A stretch of DNA of 62,961 nt, the filler included, from Dimargaris cristalligena (taxonomy: Eukaryota), in NCBI GenBank assembly GCA_003614675.1. It is 6 parts of 6 records of this genome, joined end to end, with 100 filler letters (N's around TTAATTAATTAA, not from the genome) between each part and the next. Parts side by side here need not be neighbours in the genome. Positions count along the whole stretch, not along the records: positions 42,064 to 52,464 come from ML003188.1; positions 52,565 to 62,961 come from ML003189.1; 4 more parts are not named here. The stretch is one strand, 5' to 3'. The translations under genes were made by a program, and so were the position numbers. The notes under the pieces were generated by a model. The model saw only the letters and a list, made by a program, of their open reading frames with translations, searched no databases and was not told where the DNA came from. Position 1 is the first letter of the stretch. The number at the start of each line of letters is the position of its first letter. Positions 52,313 to 62,961 of this stretch are shown one piece after another.

Positions 52313-52443
52313 ATGGGTGAAATTCGGCCCAGCTATATAAGGGTTTACATTATACGTGCATGGGAAAATATATGGGAAATGGGTGAAGTTGAGCTTGGTT
52401 GTATAAGGGTTTAACCGATATGTGTATGGGAAAATTGGTGGGA
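52313..52443. repeat. Diverged 66-bp tandem repeat, two units
   Basis: The unit ATGGGTGAA...TATAAGGGTTTA...ATGGGAAAAT...TGGGA starts at 52313 and again at 52379. Confidence 0.7.
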
Positions 52444-52464
52444 TGTTTATTTTCAACCAGTAGT

Positions 52465-52564
52465 NNNNNNNNNNNNNNNNNNNNNNNNNNNNNNNNNNNN
52501 NNNNNNNNTTAATTAATTAANNNNNNNNNNNNNNNNNNNNNNNNNNNNNNNNNNNNNNNNNNNN
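52465..52564. other. Artificial contig linker
   Basis: N44-TTAATTAATTAA-N44. Confidence 0.98.
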
Positions 52565-53820
52565 AATCTGTTTTGAAGGATATTATTTAGGCAAGATAAG
52601 TTGATCGATACCGATGGTAGTTGGCCCATGTATTCTGTACTATTTTAACCTTTCCTCCCCCTCCCATTCCTTGAAAGCGTTTACTACTTGGTGGCTTGGC
52701 GAGATGGACAATGTTTTAGTTCGATATTTATTTATATTTAACCCTTGATAAGCCAACCCAATAAATCAAGTGAAGTGACATAGAATGCTAGTCGATCTCA
52801 AGGAGAGGTTGCCATTCTTTGACTGAGGTTAAGGAAATAGAACAAGAAACGCTGTTTTAGAATGAGCAGGAAGGAGCTAGTCTATACTAGATAGAAGTAG
52901 AGTGATAGGGCATTTTTTTGTTTGTTTAATTTATAAATCATGGCGGAAATGTAACCACTCACTGCCCAGAAAACTCGACTTTAGGGCCGTAAAAGCAACG
53001 AGCTTCCATATGAGAGCGTAAGTGGACTCCAACCCCAATGAAGGGACGGATTAATTTCAGTGGGCTTTGACGCTCCACACTCTCCGCAGAGAGCGCGGTC
53101 CATCGAGTAGCATAATAAAAACACCAGCGACAAAGCAAGGCAGGTAGATCATTCCAAATTAAGGGGAAAAGCCCAACCTGAGCAACACGAGCGCCACCGA
53201 TGGCGGAAACTCCTTGTGCCGAGTAGGAGCCGGAATTTGAGCAAGACTGGGTGAACCAAGGATTAGTCCAGCGACTTTGTGGGATGTGATGGGATAGTGT
53301 TCGATTTGCCAACACTACTTACTATCATTTCCACGATTAAATTCATGGGTGTGGTGTATTCCCAAATTTTTAATGTGGTACTCTCTCTATACAAGAAGTC
53401 CTCCTCTATCTCCTACGCTGTGCCTATTACGCACTAGCTAGCGGATAAATAAGGCCAAGTAAAGTGAGGAAGGAGTTTCCGCGCCTAAACTGGAGGATCT
53501 ATTATTTCCTTCAGCCTTCCATTCTAACAAACTACTTCAGTCTATTGAAACCGACTACCTTCTCCCTCCTCTCATCCAGCTCCTTCCTATATGGGATTCC
53601 TCTAACACACAGCTTGGTAGCTCTAGTCTTTCCCTCCAACCCCTTCCCTTGCCTAGTTAATTCCTTTGCCATTTTGACACAACCTCAGTCCGACTTGTTG
53701 CACGCTTATATCCCGTTTTTACTCTGCTTAAAATTATTATTATCACAGTTATCCATATTATTATCCATACTCTTATATATTTTTTTTATACATATCCCAA
53801 AGCCTCCAATTCCACTCGTC

Positions 53821-56370
53821 ATGTCCGCTGTCGGGACGTTATCGACCAATTGTCGGTCGCTGCTGGCCATCTGTCGCCAGCCGACCAATCCCGCCCTCCA
53901 ATCGGCCCCCCAGGTCCAATTGGAGCGCTGGGCCCATTGGACCACTACCACTACTACTACTACATCTATTGACCCTGCCGCCAACGCATCAGCCTCCGAA
54001 GCCGGATCAGTAGCCGTCCCCACCCAAGCCGACAATGATCTGCTTGCCACTGAGATCCTGGGTCTGCTCAAACTCAACCAATCCCTTCTGGTCCACGATA
54101 AGGCGGACATGATCCAGGCCCTCCAATGCCTGGCCGGTCTGTGGCCCGTGGTGCTGGAATCCGTGCTCCGTTACCCCGCTTCTTCTTCTTTTTCTTCCCC
54201 TGCCTCCGCGGGAGCCGGTCCGCAAATCGAATGCTGGCGGTTACTGGAGACTCTCCTGGCCGAGTCCGATTACATGCTCGATCTGCCCGACGCGTCTCTG
54301 TTCCTGGGGGCCCTCCGCCTCTATTTCGCCGCTGCGGAGGCGTTGGCTCCCCCCGATGCGCGGATCCCTACCACCGTGAACCTCACCGGTACGTCATCCA
54401 CCGCGTCGACCCATATTCGCCCCGTTAGTCACCAGCGCAGCCGGTGTCCCCAACCCCTCTCAGCGGAATCCGGCGGCGGCCCCCACCGGCCTGCGTCTCC
54501 TTACTTGTCGCCGAACCAGTTGGCTAAACTCGCCCGCGCCTACTTTGAAAAAACTATGCTGGTGCTCCAATCGCCGCAGGTGCCCGCCAGTGGGATCACC
54601 GCCTTCTTCGAACTCGCTGGTGGTTTCCTGCGGTTGCGTCCCGATTTCCTGCCGCCAACATTGGCCCAGGTGACCGCCTGGCGGGATGAGCCCAGTCAGA
54701 AATTCTCGACCTTCCAATGGAAATGTGTGGACAAGACCCTACGGATTCAACTGTTTAATCTGTACAAGATTCTCCACCAGGCCACGAGTCAATTGCTGCA
54801 GGCCAAAGCACCGGTCCCCGACGCCAAATCACCGTTTGCCTTACCGCAACTGGCGAAACTGTTGGTGAATCGGGGAGTACGTCGTGATCTGGACTCGTAT
54901 TTGAATCGATACGCCCGGTTTCTGCAGCAGCAGCGTCACCAGATGCATCTCACCCGCACCAGTCAACCCACCGCGGTACCAGCTCCAGCCGTGCCCAAAG
55001 CCCCCACTGCCTCGTCGAGTCGCGCTAAACCCCCTCCACCGCCATCGGCTTCGGCTCCGGGTGACCTCAATGTTTCTACGATCCCGCTGGGCGTCGTCAT
55101 TCAAGTGATTACGACCTCTTTCCCCCCACTCGATTCGAACGATATCCATCGCATCGTCCAGGTACTCAAAGGTCCGAGATTTGCGGTGCCGAGCCCTTCG
55201 TCGAATGCTAATTCGAATCACCTTAAACGACCCCGCGAGTCCGGCCCAGGTGACCAGAATGCAGGCACGGTCGATCAACAGCCCGGCCCCGATGCAGAAG
55301 CTAAGCGGATCAAAACCGAACTTGGTGATCCTTCAGCGACTGACCACCGGCCTCCTGTGGACTATTTAAACGAGCCCGCAACCGCAACCACCGTCGCCAG
55401 TCCCCCAGGCGATTTGGAGCCGGAACCTGAATTGGAGCCCGATGCCGATTGCCCAACCAGCATGCTTCAGTTCGCTTTTACCCGTATTTTAGATGCCGGT
55501 CTGGATATTTTCCAGGCGGCTCACTTACGCCGATTTCCCAGCGGCAATCAGTTATTGATGGCACCAACTCTGACCACGACCACGACCGTACTGGCGAACG
55601 GAGATGCGCAATTGGCTCCACCGACGGCGGAGAGATTGATGACCGACTGGATGGTTCTGGTGTCGAGGCAGGCGACGTGGTTTCTTAGTACCTCGGCGGA
55701 ACAGTCGGCGCCAACCCCTACGACGGATCAACCGTCCGGCCAAGTTGGTAAGAACACTACTTCTCCCCGCCCCTCACTCATTATTATTTTATATATGACC
55801 TTTAGGGTACTTGGGCGACGATATTTAGTATTTGTAATACCGGGTATTCCATCATGACATGGCGACCTCACCAACTAACCACACTTATTATCTATTATTT
55901 TTTACTATCCACTGCTGTGATTACAGCCGATGCACCTGCTGGGACAGCGGCTGCCATGGCCGATCAGCTGGTCAAATTTATTACAGATGAGTTCCGCACC
56001 AGGTAAGTCTGTGTCTCATCCCCAATAATTTTTTTTTACAGATAACCACATCCTATACTCGGGAATGCCAATACTAACCGGACGATATCCTTTCCCTATT
56101 TTGGGTCATATTGGCAAATAGATATGAGCTCGCTATTCTATGGCTATATGAGCTTTGGTACCAATCTACTCAGCAGAACTCTCCACTTCCTGAGGTAAGT
56201 CCATCAAGGTTTGTTGTTTTTATTCCCGAATTACCCTGTCTGAAAAACTAATTGCTTTTTACCTATTTAGTCTTGCGCTAGGAAATGGGGTGGCCTTTCC
56301 CGCCGGTCTGTGCAATTCACCGTGTCCTTCCTCTTCAGTAGATTGCTGGAGTATCTGGGCGCCTGCCTTC

Positions 56371-56405
<35 letters not shown>

Positions 56406-59400
56406 TTGGGGGTGGTCTCTTAGTTGTTGATTGATAGTGAGGGGGGGTATCATCAACTACTATTAGGCATCCTTCTACAGCTGCCTTTTTCTTTTCCTTT
56501 TCTATCCTAGTCCTATTTTATCATCTAGTCCCTTCTTCCTCTTTTTCCTGTATTCTCTTTACCATTCAATTGCAACCAATGGGCCGCGTAATCTATTGAA
56601 GCGGGGTATAGGCATTGCGAGAGGCATGGTTTACGGATTCACCCATGGGCGGCTGCACTTCGGGTGGTGGGCCGACCGTGGCTTGGTCCTGCTCGCCCGC
56701 CCATCTAATGCCCCACACAAGCTATTAATAAACACCCGTTTGTCCATTTCTCTACCCTTACCTGCCTCGTGAAACCTGACAATGGCTGCGGGCCCCATGA
56801 TCGGACAAATGGACAACTACGCCAATGAACCCGTCGTGCTCTTACCCTTCCTAAATTCTTTACCATCGCGGTAATATCAATATACAGGCCCTGGGATACA
56901 CCACTTGGTACCACAAATTCTTAGACCATGCCCTTGAAAACGCCGACCCACGCGACGTGGTGGTGGGCAAGCTGGTTCTCGATGCCCCCGATCTTCCGGC
57001 AACCACGTTTGCGCGTTTGGAGAAACACTACTTGGATCCGATGAAGTAAGTTGATGGGTTCTCTACCGCTTTGCACCCGGTTGTTATGCTACCACTAGGG
57101 GGTTCCTTTTGTATCCATACTCCCGAATACCGGCCAATACTTACTTTGCCTAATTTTAATACATTTATGAATGTGGGCTATCTTGTCATTACCATTTCCC
57201 GGCCATTTTCGTCCCGAAAATTTACTTTATTGATATTACTAGACAAAAGGTAGTCATGGCTGCGCTCCGAGACCTCGTCGATTTGAGGCCGCCCTTTCGT
57301 AAACTCGCATTGCAGGTTATCATCCAATTCTCTACGGCGACTGGTAAGTATATTTTCACCTGAGTTCAATCGTGTATTGAAACCGGCATAGAGATGCTTT
57401 GTAGCATTTGATAGCCCTCTCCACTATATACACCAGATCGCTTTAATTTTTATGCATGTGCTTACTCGCTCTCTGTTGATTTCTTAATTTTCCTTCGATT
57501 TCCATGCGGGCTTCCCCTAATAGATCGGTCGACCCGCCAGCTGACCATCAAAATGCTTCGCAAGTGGTACCAGCAGCACGAGTCCCTTACTACCCCCATC
57601 TTGGCGTTTGCTACCCAGAGCTTCGAATCCCTCGTTAAACTACCGCCCCCCGAGGCTATTATCTCAAAATCCGATCAAGACCCATCGGTCACTACTGAGG
57701 AGTCAGTCCCTGGCGAATCAAGCAGTGAGGATTCACCTTCCCATCCTCCAGCACCGGAATCCCAAAATAGCAACGCGAAAACCGCTCAACCATCTCCGCC
57801 AACCACTACTGAATCAGCCGGGGGGAAAACAGAGCCGGCTGAGTCGGAGGAAAAGACGGCTGAGGGACTCGATCCTTTGGCCACCGCCCGGCGCTATATC
57901 GAAGGTCAAGTGGTGCAACGGTCGGAATTGTTTTTGGCGCTATGTTCGAAGAACCACGAATTGTTTAACCAGTTAAGTGTCCCGTCATGTAACTGATTCA
58001 TAGCCATTCGCTCTTTTTGATTCATTTTATACGGTGATTTAGCCCTACCTTGAGTAATTTTTAAATATTCAACCCCATTGGCACCAGCCGATAACTCTAA
58101 ACTTTACACCCGTCCACTAATCGCCATTGTGATCGCTGTTGATTTATTTTATTTTTTGCCTACAATCCCTTCTACAGAATCTTCGCTCTGTACCCCCGTC
58201 TCAGCCCGTTTACCCAGCAAATCCTGCGCACCCACATTACCGACCTCGTAAAGTCCATCGGTACCCAGTCCTCCGGTTTCCTTCGTGCTCTTAGTCAATG
58301 CCCCCCCGCAGCCGAAGAACTCGCCCTCTCCACGGTTTGGGTTCTGGTTGATCGCCAAGGGCTGACGACTGATTTCGCCGAGGCTATCGTCGCCCTCTGT
58401 ACCGAACAGAGTTTGAAGGCCGACTTCCTTATCCCCGTACTACCGGGTTTAGCTTCCAAAAAAGCCGTTTTGCAAAACTTGGGACCGGTAGTGAAACGAC
58501 TGGGTGACGGGGATGCCGATCCCACGCGAACCAGTGAGTTGCTGCATAAACTCATCACGCCTTCGGCACCGCCGCCGCCAGCCGCCTCCACCACAACCAC
58601 GGCCGCTGCCGGGAAGGCAATCGAAGCCGCCCCTGGCGCGGATACCGATAGTGCTGAACTCCGCCGCCCGTTACTTACTCCCAACGAGCTGCTAGTCGCT
58701 ATCCATAACATGGAAGGTACCGTGGGAGTGAAAGCCACGAATACGGCAGTTAAACTCTGCTTGGATATGCCCAGTACTTATTCCTCCGAGATCCTGGCCG
58801 CTGTCGTGCAACACCTTCTGGCCCAGTCTAAAATATCCGAATCCACTTTGGAAACGGTAAGTACAATCGCCCCTTTTTTTTGGGGGGGGGGGGAGATAGT
58901 AGCATGTCGCGGAGCAAGTCCTTCAGAGCCCTATAGAATTGGGGGCAGTGCTACAATTGTCTGGTCTTTTAATTGTCGTTTCACTTTTACCAATCTCAAG
59001 TACTAACCTTTCCTGCGCCAACAATAATGCATCAATGTTTAATTCCATTTTTTTTTTGGATTGTCTTTCCTACTTACTCATCTCTATGCCTTCTTATCTT
59101 CTAGATGAAGCAAAGTGTCACCATGTACAAGTCCCTTACTAACTATATCGTGAATCTCCTGAGTGTTATGCTTCAAAAACGCGTTTGGACCTCTCCAACC
59201 ATGTGGGTGGGTTTCCTCGAGTGCTGTAAGGTAAGTGCCACAACCTATTTCTACCATATTACCTTTCCATTTCCCTCCACTTACATTTATTACATTCATA
59301 TTATTCGTGGAAACTCTATAGTGAGCTACGGGTTTAAAGAACAGAAACAAATGGATGCTCCTCTACTACATTCTAAACTCCGTATGGCATACCATGTCTA

Positions 59401-59613
59401 TTTAATTCGTACGCTTGAGTACCGCTTTAGGCCACCCTACCATCGTCCTGTGAGGTTTTACTGCAGCTTCCCAAGCTTCAATTGACGGACGCCCTTCAGA
59501 AATACCCTGATCTGCGAGCCCCCCTCTTGGAATACATCCACAGTATCCCCGAAAACAAACGGTCGCGGTACCAACCTCTCATGGCCATTCTCGAAAGCGG
59601 CCCCGAGGCCTAG
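53821..59613 (+). CDS. PTA1: Symplekin/Pta1 scaffold of the pre-mRNA cleavage and polyadenylation complex, 9 exons
   Basis: Exons 53821-55747, 55927-56002, 56122-56194, 56888-57045, 57243-57343, 57524-57971, 58178-58856, 59105-59230, 59431-59613 keep frame. Motifs RYELAILWLYELW, LRDLVDLRPP, ELFLALCSKNHELF, FLIPVLPGL, LTPNELLVAIH and the Symplekin_C-like YIVNLLSVMLQKRVW...WVGFLECCKATLPSSCEVLLQLP. Confidence 0.88.
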
Positions 59614-60249
59614 GCCGGCCGGATACCCTAGTTAATTTGCCACTGATGTTCTTCACCACACACACCTCCAGTTAAACTTATTCAATGATTTTTAAAGATT
59701 CAATATATACTAGATTTAAACTTATGGTTACATTGGCTTGACTTGGATTTGTGAATGTGGTATTTAAATATTCCCTTGGTTGAAGATACGAAACAAATTA
59801 ACGCACCTCACTTGAACTTAGTGTTGATTGTTATTTTGGTCTTCCAACCGGCCTTGGTTATTTTTTTGATGAATGAATTATTGTCTTCCGTATACCCTAA
59901 TACCAATAAACCCGCAATTGACGATCGCGACTTTACTCGCCGTTGGCTTAACCTGACTAATCCAGCAATGTGGATATGGCAAGTGTTAATCCCATCCAAC
60001 AGCATGACATTTACTCGAAGTTATATTCCTTGGTATTTGATGTACTGCTAATTTCTTTTGGATAATTCATTTTCATGATTTGTTAAATGGGATTATAAGT
60101 GTATTGATACGAGGATGAGCGTAGTAGCTATCTGTGCTGAGTGCCCCATACACCTAAAATCCGTCCTGGCAATTTAAAATAGCATTATGTCCCACTGGGT
60201 AAATCTATAAAACTTAGTTGGGGTTGGATTATATTCTTTTAGGACTTAC

Positions 60250-61967
60250 ACTAGCGGCAATTTCGGTAAATATATCCAATTCCAGGCGACATTCCACCTC
60301 TTTCTGGACTTTGGGGATCTCCGAATTACCAATTAATTGCACCTGCTTATCGCGTTATTGAGTAGCTAGTACTTCGGGCCCACTACTATATAAGTACGTA
60401 CTATCGCTCTCTTCTGCATCGCACTGCGTGCCTAATTCTTTTTGGTCCACTTTGCCCCAATGCCTAGTTCGGAGTCTTACACGAGAACTCTAATTTATAC
60501 GTTTCACTTGGAGCTTGTCTAATCCTAACCGTTATATGTAGATTCTATGGGGCAATATTATGCTAGACTTAGGAGAGCCGTGCTAATGTTATCTTCAAAA
60601 ACAGCAGGGGGGGGGGGCAGGGCAGGGCAAAACCATCGGGATGTTGGTAAGTTTTTGATTAATTTTTAGTGCTTGATCAAATGGATGAAATTATGGTCAA
60701 CCATTGAATATTCAGAATGTAATGCAGGTGATAGGATGTATGGTACTTCCTTTAATTTTTTATATATAGTAAATTCAGTTTTATCAAGCGGGGGTTTTAT
60801 TATTCAGCAGGAATAAGGCTACCCCGTCTTTTGAAAGACAAAGAACCGACCACTAAGTAACTTTCTAATAATACAATCAGGCAACTAGAATTAGGAAATG
60901 CAGCACATCGCTTGGAGTAGCTGTACTCAATATAAAATATATTCTAATGCACACTAATTTCCAGTGGAAGGGGTTAGAAAAATAATGGTACCTAATGGAG
61001 TTCTAAAATATATCGGAAAATAGGGATGCTCCGATATGGATTATAACATTCACGATGAGTCTATCTATTAAAACCATTAAATAAATAATATCATTATTTT
61101 ATATATAGTTGTATATAAAACCGGTTTCCCTTATACCAAGAATAAGTAGGTAAATGGTCATATAGTGAGGCGGATACTAGAAACATTATGGACGTGTAAA
61201 TTAGTAATAAATATATATTATATATTGACAATGTATAACTATGCCAAGGAGTTGAAAACAAAACACCGGTCCATTGACCCATGGGACATTAGCGGTTACA
61301 GGTACCCGGCCTTAAAAGATTGATAGAAAGTATGGCCAGCCTAGTAAAGACCAACAACACCCCACTCTCCGACAGGTATATTTTATTAAACCGGACATTT
61401 TAGATGTTGGTGTGGCCGCGCTGGCCGGCCAATTCAATAGTTTACATTGAAGCAAACAAAGGCACTTATATATTGCCCCTCCATTATTCATATCGCCACT
61501 ATGGCATTCTCATAAATATGTAATAATCCAAACTAATTGCTTTATTGCTTGTGTTTATCCTTATGGTAATTTCTGACCAATTTTAAGTCGCTTATCCTGT
61601 CGATTATCCCTTAAAAGATCATTCTCATATAAAAAGGACCATCTCTCGTCGGATACAGCTTTACACAAAAAAAAAATATTAATAAGATTTTATTTTGAAA
61701 ATATACATTTAACCTGCGCTTTGGCAGGCACCTCCCAGGGTTGGGTTAGTTGGAGGCTGTTTTATTTTCCTTACCCCTGTCTGCCTCGGTGAGGACCGAT
61801 CGGGGGTCGAAGGTGGGGAAATCCTCCAAGACTAGTGAAGGATCCCTTGGGGCACCCTGTTGAGGATGCCTAAATAGTATTTTCGTCTGCATTGCTGCAG
61901 GGTGTGGTCTACATCGTTTTACTAAAACGGATACCAAGATGATAGAATACGGCGTAATAACGGCCAT
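60250..61967 (-). pseudogene. Candidate degenerate multi-exon gene of unknown function
   Basis: A clean 93-nt exon at 60342-60250 (CAG|VQLIGNSEIPKVQKEVECRLELDIFTEIAAS|GTAAGT). A possible first exon runs from the ATG at 61967 to a GTAAGG donor near 61774. Neighbouring exon-like pieces contain stops. Confidence 0.3.
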
Positions 61968-62961
61968 GGAAAGAAGGAATAAGAGGAAGGAAGATAAATT
62001 GGGGAGGAGAGGTGGGAAGAGGGTATCGAGAAAGTGGCGGGGACAGCTGGGATATAAGTCCAGGATATAAAAACGATGTGTTGATACTGGGGATGGAGTT
62101 AGATTACCTATTTATACAGAACGCTGCTAGTAATTTTATATAACAGAAGATGTGTAGGATGGCTAGCTTATCCTTCAAAAAGTACTTGAATCATACGCCC
62201 ATTCCATACATCCGCCAAGGGAACAATACGTTTATTTATGATTTGTGTTCGGAATTAGCCAAGGTATGGTCATTATGTCCTGAATTCTACTTTGTTTTCT
62301 ACTTAAATAGCTTCATGAACACCTGCAGTAAATGGTTATAGGTTAGCCTAGCTACTGGGTTGCTACCGGACACAATAATACATCAATTACAACACCCCAT
62401 TCTGGAAAGTGGGACCGTGGCCCTGGTTCTTGACTGGAGGCTTCGACAATATTCAATTTACATGATGACTGTATAGATAAGCCCCTGTAAGGCTCAGGTT
62501 TATTTCCACGCATTGATCATCAGACTGGTCATGGCGGATAGGCCCTGCAGCAGAACTTGCTGTATTGTCCTATTTGGCCAAGTATAAGGCAGTCGCGCAT
62601 TGTAGTCAACTACCAGTTAGTACAGCTAAACCATACCAACCTGGCTTGACTACCGATCTAATTACAACATTCTATGTATTTTGAAGCCAAGACCTAATAA
62701 TGTGGCCCTAATAGGAATGGCAAAGCCTCGCGACCTTCAGTTATGAATCTAATTCATAAATGGGCGGGGAATGGCTGGCAATTTTTCAAGTATAACTACA
62801 TTTTTTTTTGTAAAATGCATTGTAGGATGTTAATATTGTCTCGCGTGGTTGTGGGGATGTCGCCCGAGTTAACCACTCTTAGTCCGTCAAGAGTCTCGGG
62901 GGTAGGCTTCTAACAGTAGGCGGGGCGTTGGACACGGCCAAGCGGGCTACTAGTGTTAGGG

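Noticed and set aside
1..62961. A functional gene cluster linking NFS1, the GATA sites, pacC and other genes
   Set aside because: The GATA cluster and NFS1 are separated by a linker, so they are on different contigs. Genes within each contig are functionally unrelated housekeeping genes.
1..62961. tRNA, rRNA, CRISPR arrays, intact transposase or reverse transcriptase
   Set aside because: None recognised by eye; tRNAscan-SE and Rfam searches would be needed to exclude small RNAs.

Overview
Eukaryotic, fungal DNA with spliced genes (GT..AG introns, CTAAC-type branch points). The gene set (EIPR1/TSSC1, PHAF1, full-length symplekin, BRCC36-like protein, PacC) suggests an early-diverging, non-Dikarya fungus; that placement is inference. 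The window is not one locus. It is six contigs of steadily decreasing length (10422, 10419, 10418, 10404, 10401, 10397 bp) joined by artificial 100-bp N44-TTAATTAATTAA-N44 linkers, so gene adjacency across linkers is meaningless. Gene models built by hand: a TMEM70/186/223-like mitochondrial membrane protein, BMT6, a catalytically degenerate BRCC36-like MPN protein, EIPR1, BUD22, the 3' exon of NFS1, PacC/Rim101, RAD7 (truncated), PHAF1, a CBM21 PP1 glycogen-targeting subunit and symplekin/Pta1. I see no clearly new multi-gene system. The best leads are: (1) six GCCAAG PacC sites in the pacC promoter; (2) a PacC lacking YPx(L/I) motifs, where retention of a long, weak-donor intron would give a 258-aa zinc-finger-containing short form; (3) a 1.35-kb block with no CpG and many TpA (methylation/RIP-like scar); (4) a 98-nt four-way-junction fold overlapping a GATA-site cluster; (5) a TA-flanked MITE-like element. 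A 644-bp tandem duplication and a 55-bp inverted contig end look like amplification or assembly artefacts.
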